Shown: positions 1 to 13,443, counted from the whole stretch's first letter. The stretch: 61,818 nt of DNA, filler included, from Bipalium vagum (GCA_037834085.1; 3 parts of 3 records of this genome joined end to end with filler, not necessarily neighbours in it); one strand, 5' to 3'. The notes: generated from the sequence alone by a model not told the origin. A program made the numbers and translations.

Positions 1-48
1 ACTTGAAAGTTTTAATTAAACTTTGTTAATTTACCATTATAAAATCAA

Positions 49-77
49 GTGTCCCAATACTTTTGCACGGTAGTGTA
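49..77. mobile_element. Tc1-like terminal inverted repeat (right end) followed by TA
   Basis: gtgtcccaatacttttgcacggtagtg-TA resembles the usual Tc1-family terminus; the rest of the element is not recognisable in the window. Confidence 0.35.
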
Positions 78-915
78 AATCTTAAAATATCCTAACATTT
101 TCAAGTTTTAAAATAATGGAGTTTAATTAAAAATATTTTATTAAATTATTAAAAAAATATTGAAAAAAATCAATAAATACTATTTTTTATTAGATTCAGT
201 TTTAATAAATTACGGGAAAATGTTTCAACTGTTTTTGTTTTAATTAAATAAAAATGTGCGAAAAATAATTTAAAAATCGATTTATACTTAAATTTTAGAA
301 AACTAAATCAAATTTTATTATTAAATTTTAAAAGGTTAAAAACCTAATTAATTTAATCAAGCCACGACAATGTTTAATTTTAATATCATAAAGAATTTTG
401 TGAGAAAAAAAATTAAAAGGACTTAATTCCTATAATATTAAAAATAACCAATAAAACAATTTTCAATAAATATCATATTTAATGGACAAATATTTTTAAA
501 AAATTCTTTTTTTTGTTTATTGTTTTTTTTATTAATGAAAAATTTCAAAAAACATAAATTTGTTTGTTGAAAATAAAAAATTTGTGTTCGATGTTTTTAG
601 AAAAAGTATTTTATTTTACTCAAATTGTTTACGTCAATTTTTATTAAATTAATTAATTTAATTAATTTTAATTAAAATAGAATTTTTAGAGAAAATATTT
701 TTATCATATTTAAAATAATATAAATATTTATCTAGAACCCGTCAATAAAATATATGTTCCATAATTTTATATAAACTTTGATATTTTTGTTAATATAGAA
801 ATCTGGTCATCCATTTAAAAGACTGATCAGAGCAAAAATTAAAATTAAAAATCGAAAAATAAAGAAACAACTTAAAGATATTTGAAAATGTAATTTAAAA
901 TTATTGAAAAATTAC

Positions 916-1081
916 TTTATAATTATCCTTGTCGACAGGATCCTTAGAGTTACGAAATGATTCGATAGACTCTTCTTCAACTCCATATGTTGAACGTAAC
1001 ATCTCAGACCAAGAGACTTTCTTATTTTTATCGGAATCGTAATATGTGACATCTGTTCTTGCTCGGGCATCCAAATCTCGT
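916..1081 (-). CDS. Internal exon of CREC-family (calumenin/reticulocalbin-like) EF-hand protein, EF-hand 2
   Basis: ttttcaag acceptor and gtaat donor, phase 2 to 0. Encodes RDLDARARTDVTYYDSDKNKKVSWSEMLRSTYG...DNYK, with a 12-residue loop DSDKNKKVSWSE and the VSWxE...TYG signature of calumenin/RCN. The gene continues beyond the left edge. Confidence 0.8.
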
Positions 1082-1489
1082 CTTGAAAAGTCAAAAATAT
1101 AAACTTTAAACAACGAAAAAGAACTTTCAACGATTTTCACTAAATAAGAATACTTTCATATCATTAACCGCAGGAATTAACCATTTTTAAATATGAATTA
1201 CCAAGAACGTTATTTAAATAGCCTTGTGATCTTCAACCCTCTAGGAAGAGGTAGGTTTTCTTTAAACATTAATTTAAAAATCTGTCAAACTAATAATTAA
1301 AACAAAATCCAATTCAGAGATAATTACATTTCAACAAATGTTTTTTCAAAAACTTAAATAGCAATTTTTCATGCTCATTCTATTGTAAGTGGATCCTTAT
1401 ATTAAAAAAAGGAATTCGTTTGTTCTAATACATGTTTTAATCTTCATCATTTTTTGTTTAGGGTATTAGTTAATGTACTGTGTTATTTT

Positions 1490-1749
1490 ACATAGATAAA
1501 GAAAAAATATCACCAATGAATATTGGAGAAAATTGATTAAATCATTGCCTCGGGGCATTACTGCAGCCTTAAAGGCTAACGGACAACACACTAAATATTA
1601 AGTGGTGCTCGATAATCATTTGTATATTTATTTAATCTAAATAAATGTTTTAGTGGGAAGTTGCTGTTCAAAAAAATTGATTATAACCATTTAGTATTCC
1701 TTATTCCGAAAAAAACATGAGTGGGATCAGACTTTTGCAACAGATAGTA
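1490..1749 (+). mobile_element. Tc1 3'-end remnant inside CREC intron
   Basis: Encodes SLPRGITAALKANGQHTKY*, a Tc1 transposase C-terminus, followed by a TIR-like gtgggatcagacttttgcaacagatag-TA. Confidence 0.65.
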
Positions 1750-1789
1750 TTGTTTATGGCAGTATTCTAACTGTAAAACACGTTTGAAG

Positions 1790-2315
1790 ATGACGAACTA
1801 CTTTAGAATAATTTTTTTAATTTAAATATCACCGTCAAAATTAAAGAAAACTCTTTGAAAACTAGATACAATTCCATGGGTAACAAAATAACAACAAAAT
1901 CCTGAAAGAAAACCGTAAAAATATCAAGTTTTCAAGTAAATTCAAAATGAGTAATGGTATCATAAAATTAAAAGAATCTCTTACGTTTTTCTTACAATAT
2001 TCATCTTCCCTTTAATTTCATAGCAAGTACTTTTATTAGAAGGTTTGGATACATATTCTCTCACCTGGAAACTACAACCAGAAGCAGTGATTTCACTTAC
2101 TTTTCCCATCAAAATTAGACGATTTTTAGAATCCGAAAGTTTAGGCATTTATCGTCATTTCAATTATCAAGACAAGATTTTTCAATCTTGTAAACCATGA
2201 TAATTTTGTGTACGATACATGCAATCATCACCATAAACTTTTTGCAGTAATTCAAAATTTTTTGTAATTTTTTCCCGGTTTTAAAAGACAAATTAATATT
2301 TGCTCTTTGTTCCAT
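1790..2315 (-). mobile_element. Decayed mariner transposase 5' fragment
   Basis: MEQRANINLSFKTGK / LLQKVYGDDCMYRT fragments match the mariner N-terminal HTH; frameshifted. Confidence 0.6.
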
Positions 2316-2678
2316 TGTAAATCTACGACATAAATATGAAATGTGCCCTTTTTAAATGCAAATAGAATTCAAACCTGTTATCCGAATAAAATAAATTTTG
2401 ATGATTTTCAAAGTGAATGACGTAATTTTAAATTAATGATTAGTTTAAACAAATGAAACTTTTAATAAATGATTTAAATAAAAAGATCGATTACTTATAT
2501 AACAAACAGTGTAGGTCTTCTAAAAGGCCAGTTTATTTTTATCAAAATCAAGACAATCTTGTATATAAAAATTTCTGGATAACTTTGTACAGATCACATT
2601 TCCCACTATCGTTCAAACAATTACATCTTATCTTAGAAATGATCATACGCTCTTAGTCAAAACAATTAATAAAATTAC

Positions 2679-2811
2679 AATGAAATGGAAACAATCCAAT
2701 CGATCAGCTCTGTTTTCGTAATTTGTAAATCTTTATTGGAATCAACTTTTGGCAAAAGATCCTTCAACTTTTTCACAGAATTAGATGTCGGATCTTTGAA
2801 TGATGATTGCT
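2679..2811 (-). CDS. Exon of CREC-family EF-hand protein, EF-hand 1
   Basis: tttactcag acceptor and gtaatt donor. Encodes QSSFKDPTSNSVKKLKDLLPKVDSNKDLQITKTELIDWIVSIS, matching the KIDxDxDGxxxxxELxDWI motif. Its phase-2 end splices in frame to the 916-1081 exon. Not in the ORF track. Confidence 0.8.
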
Positions 2812-2940
2812 CTGAGTAAAATTGAAAAAGTAAAGAAAATAAAAAGAATCTTTTAAATTTGTTTTAATATTAAAAATAAATGAGGGTTTCCGTAAAAAAA
2901 TATAAATAAATAAAAAGCTTTCTCTGAAAATCCAAATAAC

Positions 2941-3025
2941 CAAATTGACTCATTCGTAACAGGGATTTTCTGTGGTGATTACTTCTGAATTTACTAAGCA
3001 AATAAATTAAAAATGGTAAATACAT
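2941..3025 (-). CDS. Candidate first exon of the CREC gene (MYLPFLIYLL..., signal-peptide-like)
   Basis: ATG at 3025, hydrophobic N-terminus, phase-1 donor (gttatt) compatible with the next exon; alternative donors and acceptors exist. Confidence 0.35.
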
Positions 3026-3330
3026 TTTCGCTGGACATTGTTTAGTTAAAGTTAAATTCATTTGGATCGCATTTCTTTAAAATAGTTAAAGTGTATAAAG
3101 AGTGCTTTTATAATATTTTGGTTTTTTAAAAATTCAAAATACAAACTGAACTGTTCCATTTGTGGAATAAAAAGTTAAAATAAAATTAAAAGATTTCTTA
3201 CAAGTTCTTAAAAAAATTAAGATTTATTATTTATAAGAATTTATAAATTTTATTTATTTATTATAAGAATTAAAGTGTTATAATAAAATATTGATTGGAA
3301 CTTTTTAAAACTGAAATAAATTTTAGAATA

Positions 3331-5337
3331 CATGCCCCTTCACACAAAAACTACTGCAAATTAAAAAAAAACAAAAACAAAAATATATTAATAAGTAAAT
3401 AAAATCTGTTATTTAATATTCACTTGTTTTAATACTCCCTCCGTCCCGAAATATGGTATACATTTTAGCGATTTTTGTTGTCCGGAAATATGGTATACAT
3501 TTGCGAAAAAATAAGAAAAAATCAAAAAATGTACATGACAAGTATATTATATTAACTTTATTTGAAACATTTTAATTAAATAATTAATTAAAAATTTTTT
3601 TCACTCGAAATTTGATTTGGCTTTATTGTACGCTTCTTTGGAACATACATATTTTTCTAGCAGTCCATCTTCGCGACGAATTTGCACTAAATTGTTTGAA
3701 TAGTCTTTAGGTTTTCTTCTGCATCTTTCTTTCTTTTTTGAAGAAACATCGGCACTTTTATTTTACCATTTTTGTATTGAGTTTGTGCTGCATGCCAAAT
3801 TCTACTAACGGTTAGCCTGATAACTCGAAACGCAGTACTAACTTCATTGATTGCACCGTGTTTTGGCTTATTCTCCTTCACTGCTGTAATAATTTTTCTA
3901 ATATACCTTGACGTTGTTCTTCGATTAATTGTTTATATTTGGAATCCATTCTTTTTAAGTTTACCAAATTTCCTTCAGAATTTTCCATATTCGTCTTGCA
4001 GCGGTATTAATTTTATTTGTCTCAAGAAACACTGATGTTTGAGCGTTAAGTTTTTAACTAAGAATGATATTGCTTACGTCAAATATTTCAGGTTATATTG
4101 TCATGAGTATTTACTATAACAATGTAATGACAGTTGCCAATTTATTTTCATAATCACGATAATCTACAATTTTTGCTAAAATGTATACCATATTTCCGGA
4201 CGGAGGGAGTATAAATTAAGCGCACATATCAATAGTAAGTAATTTTCCATAATTATTTTATCAGCCTTCACATGTCTAAGTGGCACAACTATCGATGTTT
4301 GATAAAGGCCGATTATGTGGTATGCTCGAAGCCGGACTGACAGTCCGTGGTGTTTCAGAAATAATGAAGTTATCAACCAGAACAGTCCAAAAATGGTGGT
4401 CACAATTTACAAAAGGACATTGTGAATCTGGTAAACCAAGAAACAGAAGTGCACGCCAGGATGCTCATTTATTATTAAAAATAAAAAGAAACAGATTCAA
4501 ACGAATATCACTTATTGGCAGAGAGTGGATCACAGATAATAATTTAGAATGTTCAATAGAGACAGGTAGACGCAGGGCTATAAGTGCAAGATATGAATCA
4601 CATTCTGCAGCTATGAGAATACCACTGGGTTATAAACACAGAAATAGACGTCTGAACTGGGCAAGAGAACATCTAAATTGGAATAGCAATAAATGGAAGT
4701 CGATATTATGGACAGATGAATCCAGATTTTCACTGGACGTCAATAATGATCGAATAAGAGTCAGATATCAGAAAACCAAGAGATATGTAGATTGCTTTAA
4801 AAGCAGTATGATAGGTCGGGTAGTGTAAGTGTTATGATAGAAAAGATGCAGTTATTATTAATGGTATATTAAATACTACACGTTATTTAAAGGAAATTAT
4901 CAACCAGCACATCATTCCAAATACTGAACAGCATCATCTTATGTGCAACATGACAATGTACAGTCGCATACTGCCAGAATATTGGCTGATACTTTGAGTG
5001 CCCGAAATGTATCAGTTCTTCCATGGTCTTCACGCTCACCTGATATGTCTTCCATCGAACATGCTTGGGTCAACTTGGCTTACGTATAACAACAATGTAC
5101 GAACAACCAGCAACCACAAGTGCAGAGCTCGCCATTACACTTTTAAAACAATGGGAACTTATAACCCAAGAAGATTTTCAAAATTTAATTTTAAGCATGG
5201 AAAAAAGAATCAGAGAATGAATTGATAACAGAGGAGGACACATGAGTTAATAACTTTTATTAAATTACTTTTTATGGTATAATTTTAATAGAAATTCGTT
5301 TATTTTTAATTTGTAGTACTTTTTGTGGAAAAACATA
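3331..5337 (+). mobile_element. Degenerate Tc1 (DD34E) transposon carrying a nested insertion
   Basis: ORF 4280-4828 has an HTH and WKSILWTDESRF. Downstream fragments read QHDN and LPWSSRSPDMSSIEHAW. Inverted repeats cacaaaaactactgcaaattaaa (3343-3365) and tttaatttgtagtactttttgtg (about 5305-5327). Confidence 0.85.
3435..4209 (-). mobile_element. Internally deleted plant-type (DD39D/Stowaway-like TIR) mariner, 775 bp
   Basis: 35-bp TIRs ctccctccgtcc(c/g)gaaatatggtatacattttagc with one mismatch; TA on both sides; subterminal repeat at about 3480. Interior encodes a frameshifted transposase N-terminus (EEQRQGILEKLL, KHGAINEVSTAFRVIRLTVSRIW, GRKPK) joined directly to a C-terminus. Confidence 0.85.
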
Positions 5338-6309
5338 TTATAAAAAATAATTATACTTTTTAAATTATAAAAATATTATTTATAATTGCTTATCAAAATT
5401 TTCTGAAGTGTCAATAAAACATTCAAAGTTGACCAAAATTTTCAAATCAATTTATATTTAGCGTTGAAGACGAATTTAATAAACGCAGGGCGAAAGTTTC
5501 ACTTTTTTAAAGTTTTTAAGGTCAGTTAATTTTATTAATTTTTATCTTTTATTTAACATTAAAAATTATAATAATTTTTATATATTATTTTCATTCTTTT
5601 TTAATAGAATTTAACATTACTAAATGTATTACATCGCATTTTGAAATACTTTTGAAGAGTGAAAACGGTTTTTATAAAAAAATATTGATAAGATTTTTAA
5701 GAAAATTGCTATAAGATTTCTTCTGAAATGCAAAAAATCTTTTAATAAAGATCTCTGAGAAAACCACAAATAAATTATTCCATTTTTTTTCAGAAAATTG
5801 TATTTAAACAACCTTCTAAACGAATCCATGCTTTGATGAAAACAGAAAATTATGATGAAGAAATATTTCGAAATACACTGACTTTTTAATTATCAAAATA
5901 ACAAACAATTTCAATTTTTAATGATAAAAACATTTTGTCAATAAAAAATATTTGTTATAACACAAAGTTATTGATAATCAATAAAATATCAAGAAATAAA
6001 TATAAAATGAGAAATATTTTAAAATCAATGATAAAGATGAATAAAATCAATCATCTAACTTTCATTAAAATCTGGCAGCTTTTCGATATCTGATAATACA
6101 AAATTCAAAATATAAACTAAAAGCAAAACGGAATGATATTGATATTTCATAAATCTAAAACGTATGAAAGTGTCAAATTCACCAATTGTTATAAGAAATA
6201 CCTGAAAAGATTACAATTAATAAAAATTAGCTACTTTCTCAAAAAGAATGTCAAAATATCATATTTATATAATTATAAATCATTATGATTAATTTAGGAA
6301 ATTTAAACA

Positions 6310-6990
6310 AATTGATAACCTTTCACTCTATGTATATTTTATTCCTGGAAGGCACAACTGTCTAATTCGATGTTTAAAGGATACTAAAAAATAGTGTTAG
6401 CTTATCATAAATGTGTATTTTAAAATATATTTTGAGATTGTAAAAGACATTTTACAAATTTAAAAGGGAAATAAATTTATAATAATAGGATCATGTTCGA
6501 TATATGTACTCTGAAATCGTTGTTCGTTTAATTACCAAATAAAATTTATTAAGTGCTTTAACAGAATTTAAAATTTAATAAATTGTCTGAAGATCCCTAA
6601 TTCGATTCGTAATGGAGGTAGCAGAACATTTGATGTTACAATTAAAGGTTCGAAAGTCACTTTATTTTTTCCATGTGTCCTATCTTTTTAAAGAAATCAT
6701 TTATTATTGTTAACTTGATTCGATATATCCCTGGAATTCCATAAGCATGTGAAACAAATATGTTTTATGAATCCTGTTTGATGACCCCCCCAGAATGACT
6801 ATCATCGTCCCAAACTTTCAGTTGCAAGTAATTTTGCTTGTTGACATGAAGTGCCTCTATCATTTTTGTATGATTCTCAGATATTATAAAAGTAAACGAC
6901 AAGACAACTTTTAAACTGGATGTGGAACTATTAATAAATATCCCCACTTGCTGATATCAACAGCGTAACTGAATCCATTGATCCTGATTT
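6310..6990 (-). mobile_element. Chapaev-like (CMC superfamily) transposase remnant
   Basis: Fragments GHQTGFIKHICFTCLWNSRD and EPLIVTSNVLLPPLRIELGIFRQF...VKALN resemble the GxQxGYTKxCCFLCxWDSR and PLV...LLPPLHIKLGLMKNFVKA motifs; many stops and frameshifts. Confidence 0.6.
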
Positions 6991-7299
6991 TCTTTGAAAA
7001 TATTTATCACACGTCTCACTATAAATTGATCGTCTTTATTTTACATGTTTTAGAAGCAGAAAAAATTATTACGCGTAAACTTGATGTTAATTGAAATAGG
7101 TTTTAAATTCTTTTATTTATTAAATTCGTTGAAAACTCATAAAGGAAGTAGAAATCAACTTTTTTATATTGAAATTAGTAGAGTATAAATGAAAAGACAA
7201 AATCGAAAAAGAACAAAAAATTTAAATTGAAGATTTCCATGTTTAGTTTAAAAAAATATAAAAATTAAGAATATAGATTTTACGGTCTAGGTTTTATGA

Positions 7300-7560
7300 T
7301 GGTTTTGTTTTTTCATGTTTTCACTACTCATCACTTCAGAGAACGTTCTTCCACTAACCAATACTCCATGCTTTTTTTGAGCTCGAGCAAAAATAATCCT
7401 TTTTCGACAATTTCTATTCGACATTGTCAAGATCAGAAAGATGTTAATATTCAAAATAATATTAATCAATTTTCTGACTCCAGGTATGGTTTTTTAAAAC
7501 TGGTTTGTTCGAATAAAATAACGTAGTTGGATAGAAATCTGTTTATTAACCGTATTAGCA
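7300..7560 (-). mobile_element. Tc1 transposase remnant
   Basis: KRIIFARAQ.. followed, after a frameshift, by WSIG*WKNVL*SDE, the region of the first catalytic D. Confidence 0.55.
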
Positions 7561-7944
7561 ATTGTTTTACAAGAGCGAAGCCTGCAATGATTAACTACTC
7601 TGCTTTAGTTCTGATTCTACTTTTGGGCTCTGCTCCTCGTTTGAATTCTCTGCTCCTGTTCTAATTCAATTCTGTTTTTCTTCTAGTTGTAGAAAAATCT
7701 GAGAGTTTCTTATATAGTTTCCAGTTTTCCTTCATCAATCAATCACTACTCTCAACAGGTATATATTCTCTCTTTTCTCTTGTAACACGCAGAAACCCGG
7801 AGCTTTCAATTATTCAGCTCAACCCGAACTTAGTCACCTTAGATGAATAATTAATTTTGCGCCTGCCTTCAGTAACAAACTAGCAATCTGCGTATTCCCG
7901 CGAAAGCATTTGTTATTATTTTTATCATTATGTACTTTTATTAA

Positions 7945-8188
7945 NNNNNNNNNNNNNNNNNNNNNNNNNNNNNNNNNNNNNNNNNNNNNNNNNNNNNNNN
8001 NNNNNNNNNNNNNNNNNNNNNNNNNNNNNNNNNNNNNNNNNNNNNNNNNNNNNNNNNNNNNNNNNNNNNNNNNNNNNNNNNNNNNNNNNNNNNNNNNNNN
8101 NNNNNNNNNNNNNNNNNNNNNNNNNNNNNNNNNNNNNNNNNNNNNNNNNNNNNNNNNNNNNNNNNNNNNNNNNNNNNNNNNNNNNNNN
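7945..8188. other. Assembly gap (N run)
   Basis: Uninterrupted N run flanked by low-complexity AT sequence. Confidence 0.99.
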
Positions 8189-8406
8189 AATTATTATTGT
8201 TGCATTATATTTTTATTTTATATTAATATTCTTTTAATATTATTTTTTAATATTAATATTCTTAAATATTTTTAAATATTTTTATATTAATATTCTTTAA
8301 TTTTAATTAATTTTAATATTTTTTATAATATCTTTTTTTATTATTTTTCACATTAACAATGAGTATTGTTTAAATATATAAAAATAACAAATATGATAAT
8401 AATAAG

Positions 8407-8441
<35 letters not shown>

Positions 8442-9252
8442 GCTTTTTTTTTATTTTTTACTATTATATTATACTATTTATACTATTTATTATATTTATA
8501 CTATTTTACTATTTTCTATTATATATATCATCTTTATTTTTTAATTTACAATTTACAAATTTTTTTATTTACAATATTATGTCATCTTATCAGGTCTCCC
8601 ATAAAATAAATATATAGATAATAATTATTATAATTATAATTATGATGGTAATAATCATAATAACTGTATTATTATGCTAGTATAAAAGTATTTTTAATTA
8701 AGAAAACATTGGTAATTATCAAAAAACACGGCTGGTCGACAAGCACACGAGGGATCTCTTGACATAACAAATTTGACATGTCTGGAATCCTCAGATGCCG
8801 GAACACCGTCTGATGGAATGATGATAATAAATCTGATAAGTACCGATGTTGTATGACGGAAAAAGGTACAGAAACGGACTCGTTTATTATGGTCTGAGAA
8901 TCAATTTGAAAATGATAGTAACGATTTTTCTGGTGAGATTCAATGCAAAATGGATACAAAAACGGTGACAAAGTGAAGATCGTCAGTTGGGTTTCGTTAA
9001 TAAAGTATCGTTTCGTACTAATAAACTTTCAGTTTACTAAAAAAAACAGCAAAAATATTTTCTTAAGTGATACCTATCGCATTTTCCATTTCGCAATTCC
9101 GAATCCCTCTCTCTCTCTGCCTGCACTGGGCTGGATCAACAATCGGTTGTATTCAACCCCGAAGTCTTTCTCAAGTCGATTTTCATTTTAACAGATTATT
9201 ATTTTCCATTTTGACATTTTTATATAGTTTTAATTATTTTTTTTGACAATTT

Positions 9253-9724
9253 CAACCGCAAAACTCAATTTTCATGGACAAAAGTGATATTGTATGTATG
9301 GTTGGATCAAAAAGATATTATTTATTGTGAGCTACTGAAACCAGGAAAGACCTTTGTCGGTATTCTTTATGAATACAAAGTAATGCATTTACATCAGGAA
9401 CTCACAGTAAATGACCAGAATGGACTAGCAAGCATTGGAAGCTGATATTGCTAAATGACGTCACCCGACCTCATGTTGAAAAAAATTCTGAAGGACAAGA
9501 GTTGATTGGAGAAATATTATCTCAGACTCCATACTCATCGACCATTGCTTCGTCGGAATAGACTTGTTCCGGTCCGTCAAACAAATACGATGTGTCTGAT
9601 TTGAAAGTCAAGAATTATGAAGATGTTCCAAAAATGACTAAAGAATTGGATTTTTCAATGACGTAATTCACAAATTGTCCATAGCTTATGAAAATGTTGT
9701 CATGAAAAATGGAAATTATTTATA
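9253..9724 (+). mobile_element. Mariner (DD34D) transposase 3' remnant
   Basis: KLNFHG.KVILYVWLDQKDIIYCELLKPG, LLNDVTRPHV and PYSSTIASS fragments. Confidence 0.7.
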
Positions 9725-10509
9725 AAATATTATAATCATTATTTTCGCTTTCATTTTTATTTTATATTTGTTATCGATCGATTTCTGTATACTTAACTGT
9801 TTGGATATTATTATTATATATAATTTGTTTTAATGTTGTAATTATAAATCAGTTCATATGATAAAAAAACACAATTAAATCATGACAATGGAAATAAATC
9901 GTTTTATTTTTTATGGGGAATTTTTTCCAATTTTTCTGAAAGGAAATACTTTTTTAATGTAGTCTACTTCAATATTTATTTGTTTATATAAATGGAAATT
10001 ATAATATATTTACATAGGATAAAAACGTGAAATTTTATAATTATGAAGCACAAGCCAATTTCTAAATGACTTTCACAAGTCTTGGTTTGTCGAAATAATT
10101 AATTTCCCAGAGAAAGATTTATCCTCATCTTTTGCTTATCAGTGGAGATATGAAATATATTATTATTATTAATGGAAATGTTCTGTGTTTGCTTGAGATA
10201 ATGAGCTGTATGGAAATAATATAAAATATTTACTTTATGATTAAAATATAAATGGATTTTTTCGAATTTTTTTCATGTGTTAGATTGTAGAGGAGATTGT
10301 GTGCTTATTTAAAGCTAAATAAGATTTATGTTGTTATGGAAAATAAAAAGTGTTACGATTATATTGATTGTGTAACTTTGTGCTCAGTAATTCTCTGACT
10401 ACTCGCTTAGTTATTACCGTGTTTGTGAATCAAAATAATCAATATACACACCCACAATATCCCTTAATGAATCATAATCATTGCAATAATTTTTATTTTC
10501 ACCACAAAG

Positions 10510-10915
10510 TATTGGGTCATTGCAAAAGTTTATGATACGTTTTTATATAGAGTAGATATTGAATGAATAAAGACAGATAATAACCAAAAATATTTATTAA
10601 ATAACCAGCTTAGTCAATTATATAATTCCCTTCATTTTTAATTATCTAGCAACATTTTGAATGGCTTTTTTGTAAGGTCGACGGGTTTGTTGTCGAAAAA
10701 AACATTAGGTGATTTTGATACCTTCTAATGATGTGAATTTCTTGCCTACTAAACTGATTTTTAATGATCGGAAAAGATAAAAATCTGATTTTGCGAGATC
10801 AGAAGAATAAGGAGAATGAATGAGGAGATTCCAATTTAGGTCTTTCAGTTTTATTGGGTCTGCTTTGAGGTATGCGGTTTTGCATTGTCATGATGAAACA
10901 CAATCCATTTTCAAT
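10510..10915 (-). mobile_element. Mariner 3' remnant with TIR
   Basis: VFHHDNAKPHT and YSSDLAKSDFYLFRSLK fragments; TIR-like TA-ttgggtcattgcaaaagt at the left end. Confidence 0.7.
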
Positions 10916-12999
10916 ACAAACAAAACTTGTCAGACATACAAAATCAAATCAATGTTTTAAGTCCAGATGTAATGATTGATTGTTATAAATCAATAATGAT
11001 TAAACTAATTACAGAAACGAGAAACACAAAATCAAATCCATATCTTCAATCAAAATTTAAACGACAATTAAAGTTATCAATCAAGATTCAATGTTAAAAG
11101 CAAATGGTTAAAGTAATTAAGTAAAATAAAGCAAATAATAAATAGTATTCTCACTTGAGCGATCAAAGGATCCCACAGTCGTCCGCTAGGCCAATGGATT
11201 CCCAAACTCCACTGGGTCCATTGGAAAATCCTGTTGATTCGTTATCGCGAACAGTAAATGCACATATTTGAACTTATGATAAAAAAGAATGGATAAGCAA
11301 ATATCTTCTGACGTTCCCAAGTTGTCTTTACGGACGCAAATATCTTCTAGCAAAATTACAATCAATTAAAAGAAAACTCTCTCTGTAATTGCAACTTATA
11401 AACTTATATAGAAATTTGCCGACGACCTCATATCTGTAAAAAAATAATTCTCAATTTAACATTCAGGCTCTGATTGCGGACAATTTTACTAATTTTTCTT
11501 TCTTTTAATTAATATTTTTATTATATTATATTATTATTTCAGGTCTATTCGGTTCGTGCCCTTGACGAACTCAACAAATTTAACGATATCTATCCATCAG
11601 ATATATTATGCCATACTCAAGAAATCTTATTGCACAAGAGTTTTTTTAGGTTCAAATCAAGTTTCCACTTGAGTCCTCTCTATAATTTTAAATTTTGAGG
11701 GAGAATTCCCTATAATTTGAACCATTTTTGACATTTTCTAATGTTTGAAACTTCCCCGTACTTAGTTGAAATTTTTTTGGTGACTTTTGAGATACTGCAA
11801 CCTTTTAATTTATACCTTATAATGAACAATTAACGTTTCTTATTATTCCTATGTCAACAATCACGTGCAAATTATTTTTACTTAAACAATTTATAACACT
11901 GTGAACAAACATCATTTTCAAAATTGTGCTGCTAAATAATAAAAATTGATACATTTAAACAAATTATTTTCCGTTTAAAATATTTTCGTATATTTTTATA
12001 AAAGAAATGATCCCTAAACCAATTTTTTGAAATGAATTTCAGAAAGATCCTCAAAATTTGAGGTTTGTCTGCTAAATATTACTTTTGAAGATTGTGTCTA
12101 AGAAAAAATTGTTTTAATTCTACATCAATTTTTTAATTAGTCTGAAAAGTATTAAATATTCAATATCAAAGAGTTCGATTTGATGTTTTTTCTCTTTTCA
12201 AGTAAAACATATTTCCTTTGAAAAAGAAAAAGAAAACTTTACTGAAAAAAGGGGGATTTAATTCTCTCTCGTATTATTATTGCTCAACGAGCATCAAACG
12301 CTAAGACTTCAGACTCACTTTGTAGACTGAACCTGTCTGTGGAAATTCTTAGCAGAAATTATTTCTGCGGATATTTTCGAATCATGTTGGAGAGGTAGGG
12401 AAAATTGTGAAATATAAGTCTTAGAATGTGAAATCAGTCAGGAGAAATGAAAAATTGTCAGCTTTTAACTTTTTTTACTCTATCACTATATTTTTAGTAC
12501 TGATGAATAAATTCATTTATTTATTTTTCATTGTTTAAATAATTGTTTGACTATTTCTGTGTAAGTTAAAATCCATATTATTTATTAAATATGTTTTGCT
12601 AATAATTGATTTTAAATTAAATGAAAAATAATTTGTCTGAAATCGATAAAATAAAGAGAAAATGAAAACACGGATAAATGAAGATTTTTAATATTTATTT
12701 AATTAATAGTAATATATTAATTAATTATTAATAATAAATTAATGAGTTTTTAATTGTTTTAATAAGTCGATTTTATCGAGCTTAATTGCATTAAATTCAA
12801 ATTTTAATAATGTTTTCCATTGAAATAAGAGTGAAAATTGTGTTACAAATCATGAAGATGGAATCGATCATATTAGTCAGAAGGCATTTAGAACACTTGA
12901 TATGAAAATGGCTACATACAGTAAGGACAATGAGAACGATTTTTGCAAAATTTTAAGAGTTTTGAAGTTTGTGTAATCTTTAGAAGTTTGGAAGACCAT

Positions 13000-13390
13000 C
13001 AAATAAAGATGAAAAAATATGCGAAATAAGTCAGGTTTATGAAGATTCATTTGAGACATATCTAAGAAGTACTTCTAAGCAAGTTGTATGCAATTGTAAA
13101 GCTGTTCGCAAAGTATTACTAAAAGATGTTCAACTTTATCCATAAGTTACATGACAAAGATTATGCTGAAAAAAATGCAATGTGCGAAAACCTACGTAAT
13201 GAAATCGGTAATAATCCATCTAGTCTTCAAAACTTGATTTTCACTGATTAGTCAACTTTTCCTTAAATGGATAAGTTAATAAGTACAACTGCCGAATTTT
13301 GTGTATTTTACCTCCTAAATAAATTATATCAGTCTAAAAGTTAATGCTTGAGGGGTCTCTCAATTTCTTTTGTTTATGATCCCTTTTTCC
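13000..13390 (+). mobile_element. DD41D/rosa-like Tc1-mariner remnant
   Basis: LIFTD*STF / LNG*VNKYNCRI resembles the FSDEAHFxLNGxVNKQNCRIW motif. Confidence 0.5.
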
Positions 13391-13443
13391 CATTTTGTAA
13401 GTAAATATTTTCATAAGATGTTATTAACCTAAAATATGAGATA

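Noticed and set aside
7910-8617. ORFs 7910-8275 and 8366-8617 (also 20790-21089 and 27682-27924)
   Set aside because: They span N gaps or low-complexity AT repeats, so they are artefacts.
10928-11576. Possible solo LTR (TG...CA)
   Set aside because: No matching TSD and no second copy in the window; boundaries unsupported.
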